Positions 25,201-37,177 of a stretch of 64,000 nt of DNA are shown here, piece by piece. The stretch comes from Adineta vaga (Eukaryota > Animalia > Rotifera), in contig CP075492.1 of the NCBI GenBank assembly GCA_021613535.1, positions 620,001-684,000 on the forward strand. The letters are read 5' to 3'. The translations under genes were made by a program, and so were the position numbers. The notes under the pieces were generated by a model. The model saw only the letters and a program-made list of their open reading frames with translations. It had not been told where the DNA came from and did not search any database. Numbering within the stretch: the first letter of the stretch is position 1; the number at the start of each line of letters is the position of its first letter.

Positions 25201-28014
25201 AAAAAAATTTGATAAACCATCGTTTACTTATTATAATCGATTGAGACAAATCTATGGTGATGATTTGAAATGTTCATGTTCAAGAATAGCATCGACATAT
25301 AATCAATCCGTCAACATTCAACCAATATTTCATTCGGTAAGACAAAATCTTAAAAGTCATTGCATTTCAATATTAAGTTTTGATCGCTATAAATGCTTCT
25401 ATTCTTATTATTGATAGATTTGTTTAAGTGAATTTGTTTCGGAAGAATGGCGAGTTAGTCTAATCAATGGTCTACTTTCGAATTTAACTATTTATGACCA
25501 AAGGGATTATCGTCGATTTCTTTCTGCACACTTACAATACCTCCAAGGTTTATGTCGACTTTCAATACAAGCAGCCAATAATTCTATCAATGAATTTCTC
25601 ACATCATTATTAGTCACTAGTGAAATATTGTCCGAGAGCAATTTTTACAATCGTCTTAATCTCTTGATTATACAGAGGAAATCAAATGCCCCCAACTTTT
25701 TTTCTAATCTTTTTTTCTTCATCCGAAGTGTGATTCATGGAAATGCTTTTGTCACAACTTATGGAACAAATTTTGAATATGTTGAAATGACGCATGGAAA
25801 AATCGCTTCTATTGCACCTGCAGAACCTATCATCTACGATGATAATTGTTCCTGTAGATTCTCTCCAAACTGTACAATTCAAGCAGCTTTCATTGAAACA
25901 AATTCATCGAAAGAAATTTTTATAAAAGGTATGAAAATGGGATGTACTCCAAGTGAAACACTTTTTGCGTCGACTCTCGAATGTTTTTATGATCAATCAT
26001 GCCTAGATCATATTCAACAATATACTAACTACAACAATTCTTTGACTTCTCTCCCAACAACATCGAGTCGTTTTTCAAAAAATACAACAATAGATGAGCT
26101 TAGACTTAGTTTATTTATTGAAGACTGGTCAACACAAATGAATTATTCATCATATTATGAACAATGTTTACCTTTAGTGTGTTTATATACTAGTATTAAG
26201 AAGTTTAATATTGTTTATACAATCACTCTTATACTTGGTCTTCAAGGTGGTTTAACGATTGTGCTCAAATGGATTTGTCCAAAACTTGTTCAAATTGGAT
26301 CAAGCATCTATCAAAAACGAAAAAAACGATTCACTCCTGTTCATCCTATTATTTCTACAGAATTACCAGCTAGTGTGACTACGAACAGAATTATTCGACA
26401 TACAACTTGGAATTATGAAAATACACCAATGAATCTGACAATTCCGTAAATCATGTTTCTCTTTCTTTTAAGTCATAACATTCTTTCGTTTAGAAATAAT
26501 GTTATGGCACGTAGTCGATCGGTTTTTAAGATGATGTTTGTAATTCCACTACTACTATGTATATCAGTAGGTGTTATTATGTTTTCAATATATTATGCTC
26601 GACAAGGTAAGAATAAAATTTTACATGTGATATTTATTACGACATCAATTAATTATGTTGAACTCAATGTTTGTTTGATAGATTCAAAGACGACGACGAA
26701 TATACCAATCGTCGATGATTTAAATACTACGATAAGAACAACAATGTCAATATACTCAAGCACAACAGGTCAGTTAATGAAATAAACATAGATTACATTT
26801 CTTGAAAATACAGGTGTCACTTTCACCATCATTTTCATACTTTCCAATAATGATGCTAAAGAATAAAAAAAAAGATTATTGATATACCATATGTATACTT
26901 CAAAAATATTAATTAATTTATATGTATAGAACCAAGATGTCAATTGAAAATTATACAACTATCAATTAATACAACATGTCCAGACACGATTTCTGGTCCA
27001 TATGTGATTGGTGATTTAAACGGTGATAATGTAGTTGATCTAATTTTTTGCTGTGAATATCGGAATAAGATAAAAGTATTACTTGCTAATTCGAATGGTT
27101 CATTTGAAGAAGTGATCCCAATTTCATTTAGCACTGCAATTATAACTGTAATCCGTGTTGTTGATATTAATAATGATGATCTAGTCGACCTAATTGTAGG
27201 ACATAATAATTTTGATGGACAGTGCATCGTCATATTATATGGAAATGGTAATGGAACGTTTGACTCAGAAAATAAGCAATCATTACCCGTAGGCATGGCT
27301 CCGAGTGATATAAAGGTCATTGATCTTAATGATGATAAACAGTTGGATATTATTTTTATAACTGCATATGATAATAATGTTTATGTATATTATGGAAATG
27401 ATAATGGAACATTCGCATCTCCACTAACATTATTTATCGAATATAATAGTGATCTTGGCGAACTGGCTATCGCTGATTTTAACAATGACAGTTATTTAGA
27501 TATAGCTGTAATGAATGGTGCGTCTCTCCATATTTATGTATTTTTTCAAAATGCTGATGGAGTTTTTCAATCACAGAAATGGTTTTTCACTGCATTCACT
27601 AGTATTTCCAAAATTATGGCCGATGATTTTGACAATGATGATCAATCCGACATAATTTTTTTTTACTATCCGAGAAACCTTATCTCCGCTTTATATCGAT
27701 ATAACAATGGTACTTTTCGTGTCAATGAGCAAATTTTTATGGAACCGTCTTTTTCGTTTGATTTGAGTACAGCAGTTGTTCGTGACCTAAATGGTGATAA
27801 ACATTTAGACATTGTGTTTGGTACACATTTCTCAGATGAAATCTACATTCTTCGAGGAAGTGAAAATGGAATTTTTCAAGCACAAAACATTTCTTCGAGT
27901 GAACTTGCTGATAATCAAACGTGGGGTGATACTTGTCAAGACATAGTTAATATAAATTTTGAATCTGATATCTTATATATTCTTTTCAATACATGTACAT
28001 GTTCGACAACTTAG
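19274..28014 (+). CDS. Multi-exon membrane protein: 3 tandem [TM - Cys-rich ectodomain - TM] units, an extra TM, a Thr-rich linker and a C-terminal FG-GAP/VCBS beta-propeller
   Basis: Each unit has LxCxC...Y...HxxCxSxF..W and ends in Y...CxP..CxY...L..xxGGL/I. C-terminal DLNGDNVVDL/DFNNDSYLDI repeats. The junctions checked (19403/19527, 21638/21788, near 26446/26494, 26768/26930) are frame-consistent. The start codon is approximate. Confidence 0.82.
19962..20016. repeat. Telomeric-repeat hairpin element 4 (intronic, degenerate)
   Basis: GTGGGTGAGTGT ... TCACCACACCCTCTCAGAT. Confidence 0.55.
21954..22599. mobile_element. hAT-like MITE in intron (646 bp)
   Basis: TIR CATAGGCGGCGGA / TCCGTCGCCTATG; degenerate 8-bp flanks CATGTCTC / CATGACAA. 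Confidence 0.7.
22055..22104. repeat. Telomeric-repeat hairpin element 5 (nested in MITE)
   Basis: TGAGGGTGTGTGG ... ACCTACACCCACACCCT. Confidence 0.7.
23687..23965. mobile_element. Intronic MITE with about 50-bp TIRs, TA-flanked
   Basis: TAGCACGATATACACTAACAAATAGAATGACCATATTTCGACCTGAAATT and its near-perfect inverted copy at 23916-23965. Confidence 0.8.
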
Positions 28015-28480
28015 ACTGTCTACAAGCTTTTCTCAACAATTCTGTTTGCTTTACACTTGAAACTTTGGCAATTGACTTTTGCCGATTTCAAATTATTACG
28101 AAATTCTTTATTTCTGCTTTAAATTTTGTTCGTTGTTCATTTGATTAAATATTTCAAAAGAAACTCTCATTTAAATCATGAACAGTTCTAATTCAATAAC
28201 GAAAAATAAATGCTTAATCTATTAAATATCAAGCACATCGTTATTCAAAGAATTTTTCGAAAATGTTGAGATGTTCTTCAATTAAAAACAACAAGAATTT
28301 ATGTAGTACGGAATGTTAAAAATGGTGTATATAAAAAGAAGTTTTCAGATGAACTTAAATAATTCCATTTATAAGTGTCAATCATCGTGCGATACACATT
28401 AATAAGAATGAAATATTTAAGTGAAGATACGGCTCGTTTGTACAATAATTCATAAGCATCTCTGAGGGTGTGTACTAGCT

Positions 28481-28523
28481 GCCATGACCGGTTTCGTCCT
28501 ATTTCAAGGACTCATCAGATGGC
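28481..28523 (-). ncRNA. Minimal type I hammerhead ribozyme (Penelope-like/Athena pLTR type)
   Basis: Minus strand GCCAU-CUGAUGA-GUCCU-ugaaau-AGGAC-GAAA-CCG-GUC-AUGGC: 5-bp stem I, intact core, 5-bp stem II, palindromic ACCGGU stem III and GUC cleavage triplet. Confidence 0.9.
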
Positions 28524-29959
28524 TTAATACCTAAATCTGATCTAAATTAATTAATTTCAACTAAATTCATTTAGTGAAAGCAGAGTTTGGTCAAAGATGT
28601 GGGCTTTGCGTTAGTTTATAGTCTGAATGTATTTCAATTCGTGCTGATCGGAATATGAATTTATGAAATTTGTAGATTCCCTTTGTGAGATATTTTTCAT
28701 CGGGTTGTTTAGGTGTTGTGTTTCACTGATGGATATAGATCACCAATTTGCACTTTCATTCATAATGTAAATTGAGTAATGGTTGTAGAAAATTGTTTTT
28801 AAAGTAAAGAAGTATGGTGCATTCGGTTTGATCGGGTTTGCATAAATGCTTGATTGATTTTGTAGGTAATTGCTTCTAGTTGTTGTAAGGCATTTATTTT
28901 AAGAGCGTAATCAGCGTTTCAATTTAGTTTATCTTAGGAAAGTTAGTAATTAGCTTATCAAACGGTTGTGTAGATTGATTTTGGCAGAATCATTGTAATT
29001 GCAGATGACAGACATGTGGAACAACGGTTTTATATTATGGCTGGGAGAAGGTTGTTTGTATTCATTAGATATTATCTGAGATAAAATGAATATATCATTG
29101 GTAATGCTTTCGTTATTTATATCACTGTTAGGGAGAGGGAGCTTGGACCTTTACCACGCAGATATTTGTGCGGGCTAAAATGTTAGTTAATCGTTTATAT
29201 GAAAGAGTGTTTAGGAATATGTGGATCTTATGTAGGTGTGTATTGCATTATTTTTTTCTAAGATATACAGACGTGCAAAAATGTTATGAGATTTTCTAAC
29301 GGAAATACATGCATTTATGGAATCGAAACGTACAAGTATGCTCTTTCACAAAGTTAATCACTTTAATAGAGAAGAAGCATGGTCAAAGAAATGTATAGCG
29401 GACATGAAAAGGAGATAATAGAGAATATGTAAGAAGATAAATCATACGTACATTTCTCTATGAAATTGTGCTCAGCTGATTGAATTTGTTTTCTGCTTTC
29501 GTGAAAAGCAGTCTCAATATAAAATAGGAGAAAACACAAGTTAATTTGTATTTTGTTATGGATGACATTGTAACTAGAAGATTAAAGCATAAAAAGTGTT
29601 GATAAATATGTAAATGCTGACTGGAGTTTCAAGTTAACTTTAAAATGCAATCGAATGTATTATCGTCGATGTTTGAGTTTGAACGTATTATTAGTAAATA
29701 AATTATTACTCTTCTTTCAAGCTGCATAGATGATATTGATGAAGTATCTACAAGCAAAAGAAATATATAAGATCATTTCTTAAAAGATTAGATAAGCAAA
29801 AATACGACTGTAGAAGTACAATAAACTAAAGAATAATTGTTTTGATGTAGAAGAAATATAGAAAATGAAAAATAACTAAGAAATTTATGAAATAAGCATT
29901 CATCTTTCGCTTTTAAATCATATTTCATAGTCTATTGGTTCATGTATATGATCACTTGT

Positions 29960-31469
29960 GTTGGATCATGTTATCAACTGATGTTGTCTTATATAATTTG
30001 CACGTTCAATCATATGTAATCGACGATTTCAATAGCATCGGATATCATCTTTTGTCACTCCAGTGTTGATTCGGTAGATCTATTATGTGACAAAAATTTA
30101 TTTTGCTCTGTTTGTATGATTTTGTTCAAGTCTTCAATTTTCCTGCGACTAGTAAGAATAGCTTGATAAATAATATTATTCTTTAATGTTTGTAATTTAT
30201 GGATTTCATTTGAGAAGTAATCAGTTGTTGTAGACGTTGTCATCTCTGTATTTAATTTTGAATATTTATATCCATATCATTAATTATTTCATGAAGTAAA
30301 TTAGATGACGATTGTAATGATACTGATGTAAGACGTTGTTGTAATAAAGCAATATCTTCTTCAATATTCATTTGTTGCTTTGTTGTTTGCCATATTCGTT
30401 TTGCCAAAGTGATCCATAATTAATGTAAATTAAAAACACAAAATATGGTGAAGTATATAACATATATATATTTACATGAGTTTTGTTTGATTTAACATCC
30501 AAGAACTTTTGAACCAATTGATGATCAGTTGCATCCAAAATTAACATCTTCCTTTTGTATGCAGATTCATATTGTAATGATTGTTGATTTTCTTGTACCA
30601 ACTGATAAATAATTGAATATAACTCCTTCATTGCACATAAACAATCATCATTCTGTTCACATGTAAATAAGATCACTTGTTCAAACTGTTCGATTGCACT
30701 TTGTGTTTCTTTTAAATGTTTTTCAATTTCTTTTAGACGTTGTTCGATTACAGGTTTCGATCGGCCATATGTATAACAGACAGAATAATTTTCAGCAAAA
30801 CCCTTCGATACACGACTATACCAAATGTTCTGTGTTATACCAATGTGATGATAATATTTCCATTGAAATTCTTGTAATTGTTGATAAGATAATTGATCAA
30901 TTAAACTTATATATTTGACGAATAAATTGTATTTTTTCCTCTTCATTGAAAAACTATTAAACTTTACTGATCGATTAAAAGCCATAGATGTTCTTTCATA
31001 TAATATTTCATCAGATATAACATTATAATCAATTGAATCATTTCCCATAGATACACATTCATTCGGTTGATTGTTTTTCTTCCTGTTGACACTAATGAAT
31101 TTTCTTTTGATATTTTGCTTATTCTTTTTAATTATTTTTCTTTTATTGACTTTCCCAGGATGAAAACGTGTTGCATTAGTAATTGGATCCACTACATTTT
31201 CTTCATTTTGTTGTATGATTTCATTTGTTCTTGATGGTTCACTATCAGTTATTGAATTCAAACCTTGTTTAGAGTTTTTGACGATAAAGTTGTAATTTAC
31301 GACGGTTGCCATGACATTTCTTCTTCTGTTTCTTCAGATTTTGTTCCTGAACATGCTTCGACTTTGCTTGTTCTATAGTTTGATCTGTATTTACAAGACT
31401 TGGATACCAATCTTGATAAAATGGCATTTCCATACTAAACGAACTATTATTTTCGTTCTGGATGTTCAT
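29960..31469 (-). pseudogene. Decayed coiled-coil ORF (KKKCHGNRRKLQ type), probably an Athena/terminon retroelement accessory ORF
   Basis: Frameshifted ORF pieces with KKKCHGNRRKLQ, QWKYYHHIG, YTYGRSK..IEQRL and AKRIWQ. Same orientation as, and upstream of, the hammerhead. Family assignment is from recall. Confidence 0.55.
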
Positions 31470-31694
31470 TATCAAAACAACAGTGTTAATGACGAAAAAC
31501 AGATCTGAAATCAATGTAAATGTAATTAATAAAATTATTTATCTCATGCGAATATAAGGAAAGGGAATTTAAATCGAAAGCAAAACATAGAGTAGATTAG
31601 TTTTCAATAGTTGAAGCGATAACTGTAATATTTATATGAAATAAAAGAAAAAGAAGAAGAAGAAGTTTGTATTGATTTGAAGTAAAAAGTACTA

Positions 31695-34122
31695 CAGTCC
31701 TTTGGTCTCAAATTCAGACTGAAATTTTGATTTTTTTCACTTTTGACATTTTTTGATCTTTTTTATTTTTCATATGCAATAAAAGATATTTATTATATAT
31801 TATGACTATTGTCGTATATAGGCGGTGACGCGCTACAATTAACGCTATTTTAAAAAGCGACTGCTCCTAACATATATAAATAGTGACACATTTTATGTAT
31901 AAGTGACACTTATAATGTTTTGATTTTTTTATATCACTGTTACGTGTTTTTGATCTTTTTCTTGATTGAATATTTACTTATACACAGTAGCTATCATTTG
32001 TCAATAGCGATTTAATTCATTGTTGTTAATTGCTTAATTATAATAAAAATGAACATTGACCTCGACAATCATGGTGATGATTCTGATCATGGTGGTGACT
32101 CTCGTCGTGGTGGCTTTCGTCCTGGTGCTGGCCGTAAAAGAAAAACATTATCATCATCAATTCAGATGATGGCAAATGAAAGAAAACAACGAGCTGCACG
32201 TCGACAAGAAATATCGAGATATAAAGCTCAATTAAGAGAATGGATGAATGATATAAAATGGTCACATCAAGGTGTTCCATCAACTTTTCATGATAATGCA
32301 ACTGCTTTATTACTTATATTTAATCTCATGTTAGAAAATGTTGATTTAACACAAACAGAAGCTGTTACTAAAGCTGCTCTGTATTTGGGTCGTGGTCCTT
32401 CTGCATTACGTGCATTGGTTGCACATTGGAATAAATATGAAGAGATATATGTTGAACCAGGTACAAGAGATGGTTCATTAGGACAACAATCAGCGGAATT
32501 ATTTATATCTTTACCTCATTTCATTATAACTACTATTATGGATCGTTATGCTGAAGGTAAAACTACTTCAGTTAAAGATATACAACAAGCTATCATTGAT
32601 ATACATGATAAACATATAAGTTATTGGCCAATATATTATATCATGCATGATAAAATGAAATTATCATATGGCTTGCTAAAAGGTTCAATGAAGTTAACAC
32701 AAGATGCTAATCGAATCAAACGTATTGGTCAATTTCTAGTCAAATACAGCTCTGCTCTCAATTTGGAGAAGAATAAAGAAGCAGTAGTCTGTTATATGGA
32801 TGAATCATATGTGAATACAGGTCACCATGTTCATTATGGATGGTACACAGACAGTACAAACAGAAATATTCTTAGTGGTACTGGAGCTGGTAAAAGACTT
32901 ATAATAGTGCATGCTATTACTAGTGATGGTCTTCTCTACAACGTTGATTCATTAACAAATAAAATTATTTCTGCTGAATTGCTTTATGAAGCTAAAAATC
33001 CTTTCGGTGATTATCATTGTAACATGAATGGTCACAATTTTCGTTTATGGGTGAACCAATATTTATTTCCTGCATTTGAAGCTAAATATGGTTGTGATAA
33101 GAGAATGATTCTCGTATTGGATAATGCTCCGTATCATAAAGAACAAGGTGAAGGTTATGTCAATCTAAAATCAATGTCAAAGATGGATATGATTGATATT
33201 CTTCTTTCCAAAAAAGTACGCAATATAGTAGTCATTCGAAATGGACAACCAAAAACGTTCAACCAGAATGAATGGAAAATGAATGGTCCATCAGGTCCTT
33301 ATAAAAAAGAATTACAAGTATTTATGGAAAGTTGGATCAAACAATATCCTGATCTTCAGAAAACGTTATTGGAGAAATTATTCGAACATAAATCATTAGC
33401 TGCAAAAACCGGTGTACCTGACTTTCATCATTTGATATTTACTCCACCATATAGTCCTCAACTTCAACCTATCGAATTAGTGTGGGCTTATGTTAAAGGT
33501 TATGTTGCTAAACAATTTACATCTTCTAGAACTGTTCAACAATTAATTGAACAAACGAAGAAAGGGTTCTACGGTGATGGAGGTGATCATGAAGCAATAT
33601 CAGCAGAAATGGTCAGAAAAATGATTGTACATGCTCATAAATATTGTGATATGCTTATTAACGACAATCCTCTGTTAAAAGGTTCTATAAATAACATAAA
33701 GAATGTAAAAGATTACGAAGAAGTCGACGAAAAAGAAGAAGATGAAGATGAGGATGATGATATCAATATAGAAGCCGATGATATTATTGAATAACTTTCA
33801 TTAAAAAGTATTATCGTGCACAGCACTTCTGGACTTGATGGTTAGAATGCTTGATCGACATTAAAAATGTTATTTTTCTGTATAAATCAGTTGTCATTTA
33901 TATAAAATTGAAAAATTTATGTCACACTTTTTTTCTAACATATTTTCTTTTAATCTTTTTATAACTACTGTTCAATCATCTGCTACTAGTATCACACCAT
34001 TATATAGCTTATAGTGTCCTCTAGCAAACATTCAAGTACGGTAATAAAAATAATGGAAAATAGTTTCAGGAGAAGTAATCAAACAAACTCACCATTAATC
34101 TGAATTTGAGACCAAAGGACTA
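31695..34122 (+). mobile_element. Full-length IS630-Tc1-mariner (Sailor-like) DNA transposon (2428 bp)
   Basis: TA TSDs at 31693-31694 and 34123-34124; 24-bp TIRs CAGTCCTTTGGTCTCAAATTCAGA, with the terminal base of the right TIR mismatched. Confidence 0.93.
32049..33794 (+). CDS. DD117E transposase, 581 aa
   Basis: YMDESY, GKRLIIVHAIT, GDYHCNMN, LDNAPYH, PPYSPQLQPIELVW. Counted 117 residues between D2 and E. Confidence 0.92.
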   Translation: MNIDLDNHGDDSDHGGDSRRGGFRPGAGRKRKTLSSSIQMMANERKQRAARRQEISRYKAQLREWMNDIKWSHQGVPSTFHDNATALLLIFNLMLENVDLTQTEAVTKAALYLGRGPSALRALVAHWNKYEEIYVEPGTRDGSLGQQSAELFISLPHFIITTIMDRYAEGKTTSVKDIQQAIIDIHDKHISYWPIYYIMHDKMKLSYGLLKGSMKLTQDANRIKRIGQFLVKYSSALNLEKNKEAVVCYMDESYVNTGHHVHYGWYTDSTNRNILSGTGAGKRLIIVHAITSDGLLYNVDSLTNKIISAELLYEAKNPFGDYHCNMNGHNFRLWVNQYLFPAFEAKYGCDKRMILVLDNAPYHKEQGEGYVNLKSMSKMDMIDILLSKKVRNIVVIRNGQPKTFNQNEWKMNGPSGPYKKELQVFMESWIKQYPDLQKTLLEKLFEHKSLAAKTGVPDFHHLIFTPPYSPQLQPIELVWAYVKGYVAKQFTSSRTVQQLIEQTKKGFYGDGGDHEAISAEMVRKMIVHAHKYCDMLINDNPLLKGSINNIKNVKDYEEVDEKEEDEDEDDDINIEADDIIE

Positions 34123-35100
34123 TAGTTGATCATATTTAATTTCCAGTAGGCAAAGTCGAGGTAGATGTGTATAACGATTGAATAATAATTGTTCAATGTA
34201 ATCCGTATGTGTTAAGGTCACACGAAGTTCCGACAATCGAGTAAACGTCGTCACTTCCAGCTTTTGTGTTTCATTACTCGATTGCAATTTGTTTTTCTTC
34301 GGTTTGGAATTAGCGATGAACAATGTTTCAATAAAAGGAAAACTTTCAGCAATTTTCTTGACGAAATTTTCCTCCCAAGGAACATAATCATTAGCAACTA
34401 AAATTTTAACATGATAGAATACTCCACCTAAAAATGACATGCTCAATCGATTGAACATGTCAAATGTAAATGGAAGTGAATACACATGACATCCATATTC
34501 ATCTTTTTCAATTGTGTGTTGAACATACGAATCGATTTCTCCGAATTTATTATAATCGAAGCTCTGTTGAATATCATCGTTCGAAGGGAAATTATCGATT
34601 GATACATTTCGATTATAAATATAAGTATAAATACTGAATCGAAAAGTTTTCAATTGAGATAAATGAATCAGAATATCAGTATAAAGATTATTTCCATCGA
34701 CAACTTGATATGTATCTTCTCTTGAAACAGTTACAACTAATTGAAGTTCTTGTAAATAAGGTAACTTTTGTATAAATGGCACAATGAGATCATTGTAAAA
34801 GCGTGTGCTAACATATGAAGTTAATGAAAAAGATTTCAGTTGTGATAAAACTGTCTGAAAGATGATAATGAATAATGCAAATATTTTTAGATGAATTGAA
34901 CTTACTATTTGATTTATATCCAAGACAGTAGATGAAATTCTAGTAATATACACGGAATAATGTAATAATGATGGAAAATAATTATTTATTAAAAGAGACA
35001 AACAATCGTCAAACGTATTCACTTGTATATCTAACTTAGTTAATGAAGAACAGATAGGACTTGTCGATGGTAGATGATTTATAAAAGGATGCTCATCATT
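34123..35100 (-). pseudogene. Internal fragment of a bdelloid-type F-box/LRR-like gene, bounded by transposons
   Basis: LTKLDIQVNTFDDCLSLL, DGNNLYTDILIHLSQLKTFRFSI, CHVYSLPFTF and HTDYIEQLL motifs. No own start or stop; one short in-frame intron. Confidence 0.65.
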
Positions 35101-35106
35101 AATCTT

Positions 35107-35517
35107 GGGTGAATCCATGAGGACCCATCCACTTTTTTGGAAAGGTCTTTTTTTTTCGATTTTTTTTTTGTTCACAAGACTGATCTCGACTAGAAAACAC
35201 TTTCGGTTAAAAAAAATGAAGTACTCTTACCCAAAAATTCCGAGTTTTCGGGCATTTTCTCGGAACATTTGACTAGTTTTCATGTCATTTTATCAATTTT
35301 TTTTCACAGTAATTGACCGAAAAAGACGTATGTTCCGAAAGAATATTCTATATGTTGGTGCTTTCCGCTTATAAGAAAGCTGAAAATGACTCCTTAGCTA
35401 TTTTTCATCGAGGATCAGTCTGAAGCGCTAAAAAAATCGTGAAAAAAAGATTTCTTCAATGATTTTATTCGAAAATTAAATTTTCCAAAAACTGGATGGC
35501 TTCTTATGGATTCACCC
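35107..35517. mobile_element. MITE with about 36-bp TIRs
   Basis: GGGTGAATCCATGAGGACCCATCCACTTTTTTGGAAA versus inverted TTTCCAAAAACTGGATGGCTTCTTATGGATTCACCC. Confidence 0.8.
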
Positions 35518-35669
35518 ATATTGATCAGTGTCGAATTGAAATTTTGACAAGACATGCGTTTTGCCACGTAGGATATCTTACGGACGGATTCGACTTTTTC
35601 CAGGATTTATTCGTTACATTATGCGTTCCAGCCGAGATTTCGCTGGTTCCAAGTAGAACTCGATGAGCT

Positions 35670-37069
35670 CTATCGATTCCAATCATCAGATTTCCCATAG
35701 ATCACTTTCTCAATACACAAAAACCTCTGCCGATTCGCTTTAAGACCAACTACAAAGATTATGACAATGATTCCAGATGTAACATCTATGTGAACAAAAG
35801 AATAGTCTTGTTCTGTACAGTAGGTTATATATCTTTGGATTTGTAATTGTGGAAATAGATGTGTAAGAAATGGTATTTCGCCGACTATTTGAACGTATCC
35901 TGCGAAAAGAATGAAGAAAGAAAATTTATGACATGATCGTTTAATATACAATTGACTTACCTGGAACTTTGTCGGATGTTACATCTGCTTCAAGGTATGA
36001 AAAGGTGATAACTCGACATTCAGTATAGACATTTTCGTCGTATTTCATTTTCTTTCAATAATCAGCTGATGTTTTTTTTACTACTTCTATTGTATTAACT
36101 TCTGCAAAATTACCAGCAGCAAGTAATCTTTCGTCGGCGGCTTCCACACGTTCACGAAATACTGCTAAAGGTCCAATATTATTTGCTCGCTTACCTAAAT
36201 TAGCATTTCAATAAAAATATAATTTATAAAAGAAAAATCCTTACCAACACGTAAGCGTTCTTCTCCACGTAGCTGCCCTATCATTATTTCAGTTTCAGGT
36301 GTATGATTTTCTATATCTGATATTTCCATAGAAAATAGTGCTGCTGTGTAAACATCTGGTGTATTTTCCAGAGTAATTAAATATGATTTGGTACATACAC
36401 TACCAGTGCATTCAACACGACACTAGAATTTTTTACTTACTTTTTTCCTTTGTCCTTGACGTATATGTGGTTTTCCAAATCTTACTTTACATACAGCTCG
36501 ATATGGGTTTATCTTTTCATTAAATATTTTAGTCCAACCATCATTCATTTTTTTCTGTGAACTGCTAAAGCAGTTTTCCATTCAAATGGACTTAAAGCAA
36601 ATGTTACTTTCTGGATTGGTGGATTTTCTTCACGATTTTCGTCATCTTTCTGTGCTTTATTAGCACGTCTATTTGGTCGATCAAGTATAGGTATTGATAG
36701 GACAGAGACTAATTTTGATTTTTTCAAATTAGAAGATGTTGGTTTTTCTGTTTCATTCATACCATCATTATCTTCATTCTTCTTATGTTTAATTATTTTT
36801 ATCTTCTTTTCAACAAGTGCATGAACCTTATAACGATCTAAGTACCACAAATTGTATAAAGAGTGACGTAACTCTTCTGTATGCTTAATATTTAATTTTG
36901 TGATAACTTGAGTCCATAAAGAGGAATGAATATCAAAATCAGTATTTATTCGCCATGACTCGTTTTCAAGTTGCTTGACACGATCTCCAAGGAATGCAAT
37001 AGCAGCGACTACTTGTTCAATAGTGGTTAACGACCAGATGTTTTTAGTTGTTTTCTTGGAAGTAGTCAT
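35670..37069 (-). pseudogene. Decayed intron-containing NOF-FB/MULE-like transposase (N-terminal part)
   Basis: QLRGEERLRVG|KRA..IGP, and GYVQIVGEIPFLTHLF...FVHIDVTSG (cf. HIDATG first catalytic D). Frameshift, stops and loss of the downstream catalytic core. Confidence 0.55.
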
Positions 37070-37095
37070 ATTTCCGTAGCAATAAATACAAGAAC

Positions 37096-37177
37096 ATCTT
37101 GAGGGTGGGGGTGGGTGTGGATTAGAATGAGAGTCTCTTCTATTAAGCCATACCATCAACCACACCACCCACACCCT
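37096..37177. repeat. Telomeric-repeat hairpin element 6
   Basis: ATCTTGAGGGTGGGGGTGGGTGTGG ... CCACACCACCCACACCCT. Confidence 0.75.

Noticed and set aside
28530-29300. Possible Athena reverse-transcriptase C-terminal remnant
   Set aside because: The position fits, but I could not recover convincing RT motifs by manual translation.
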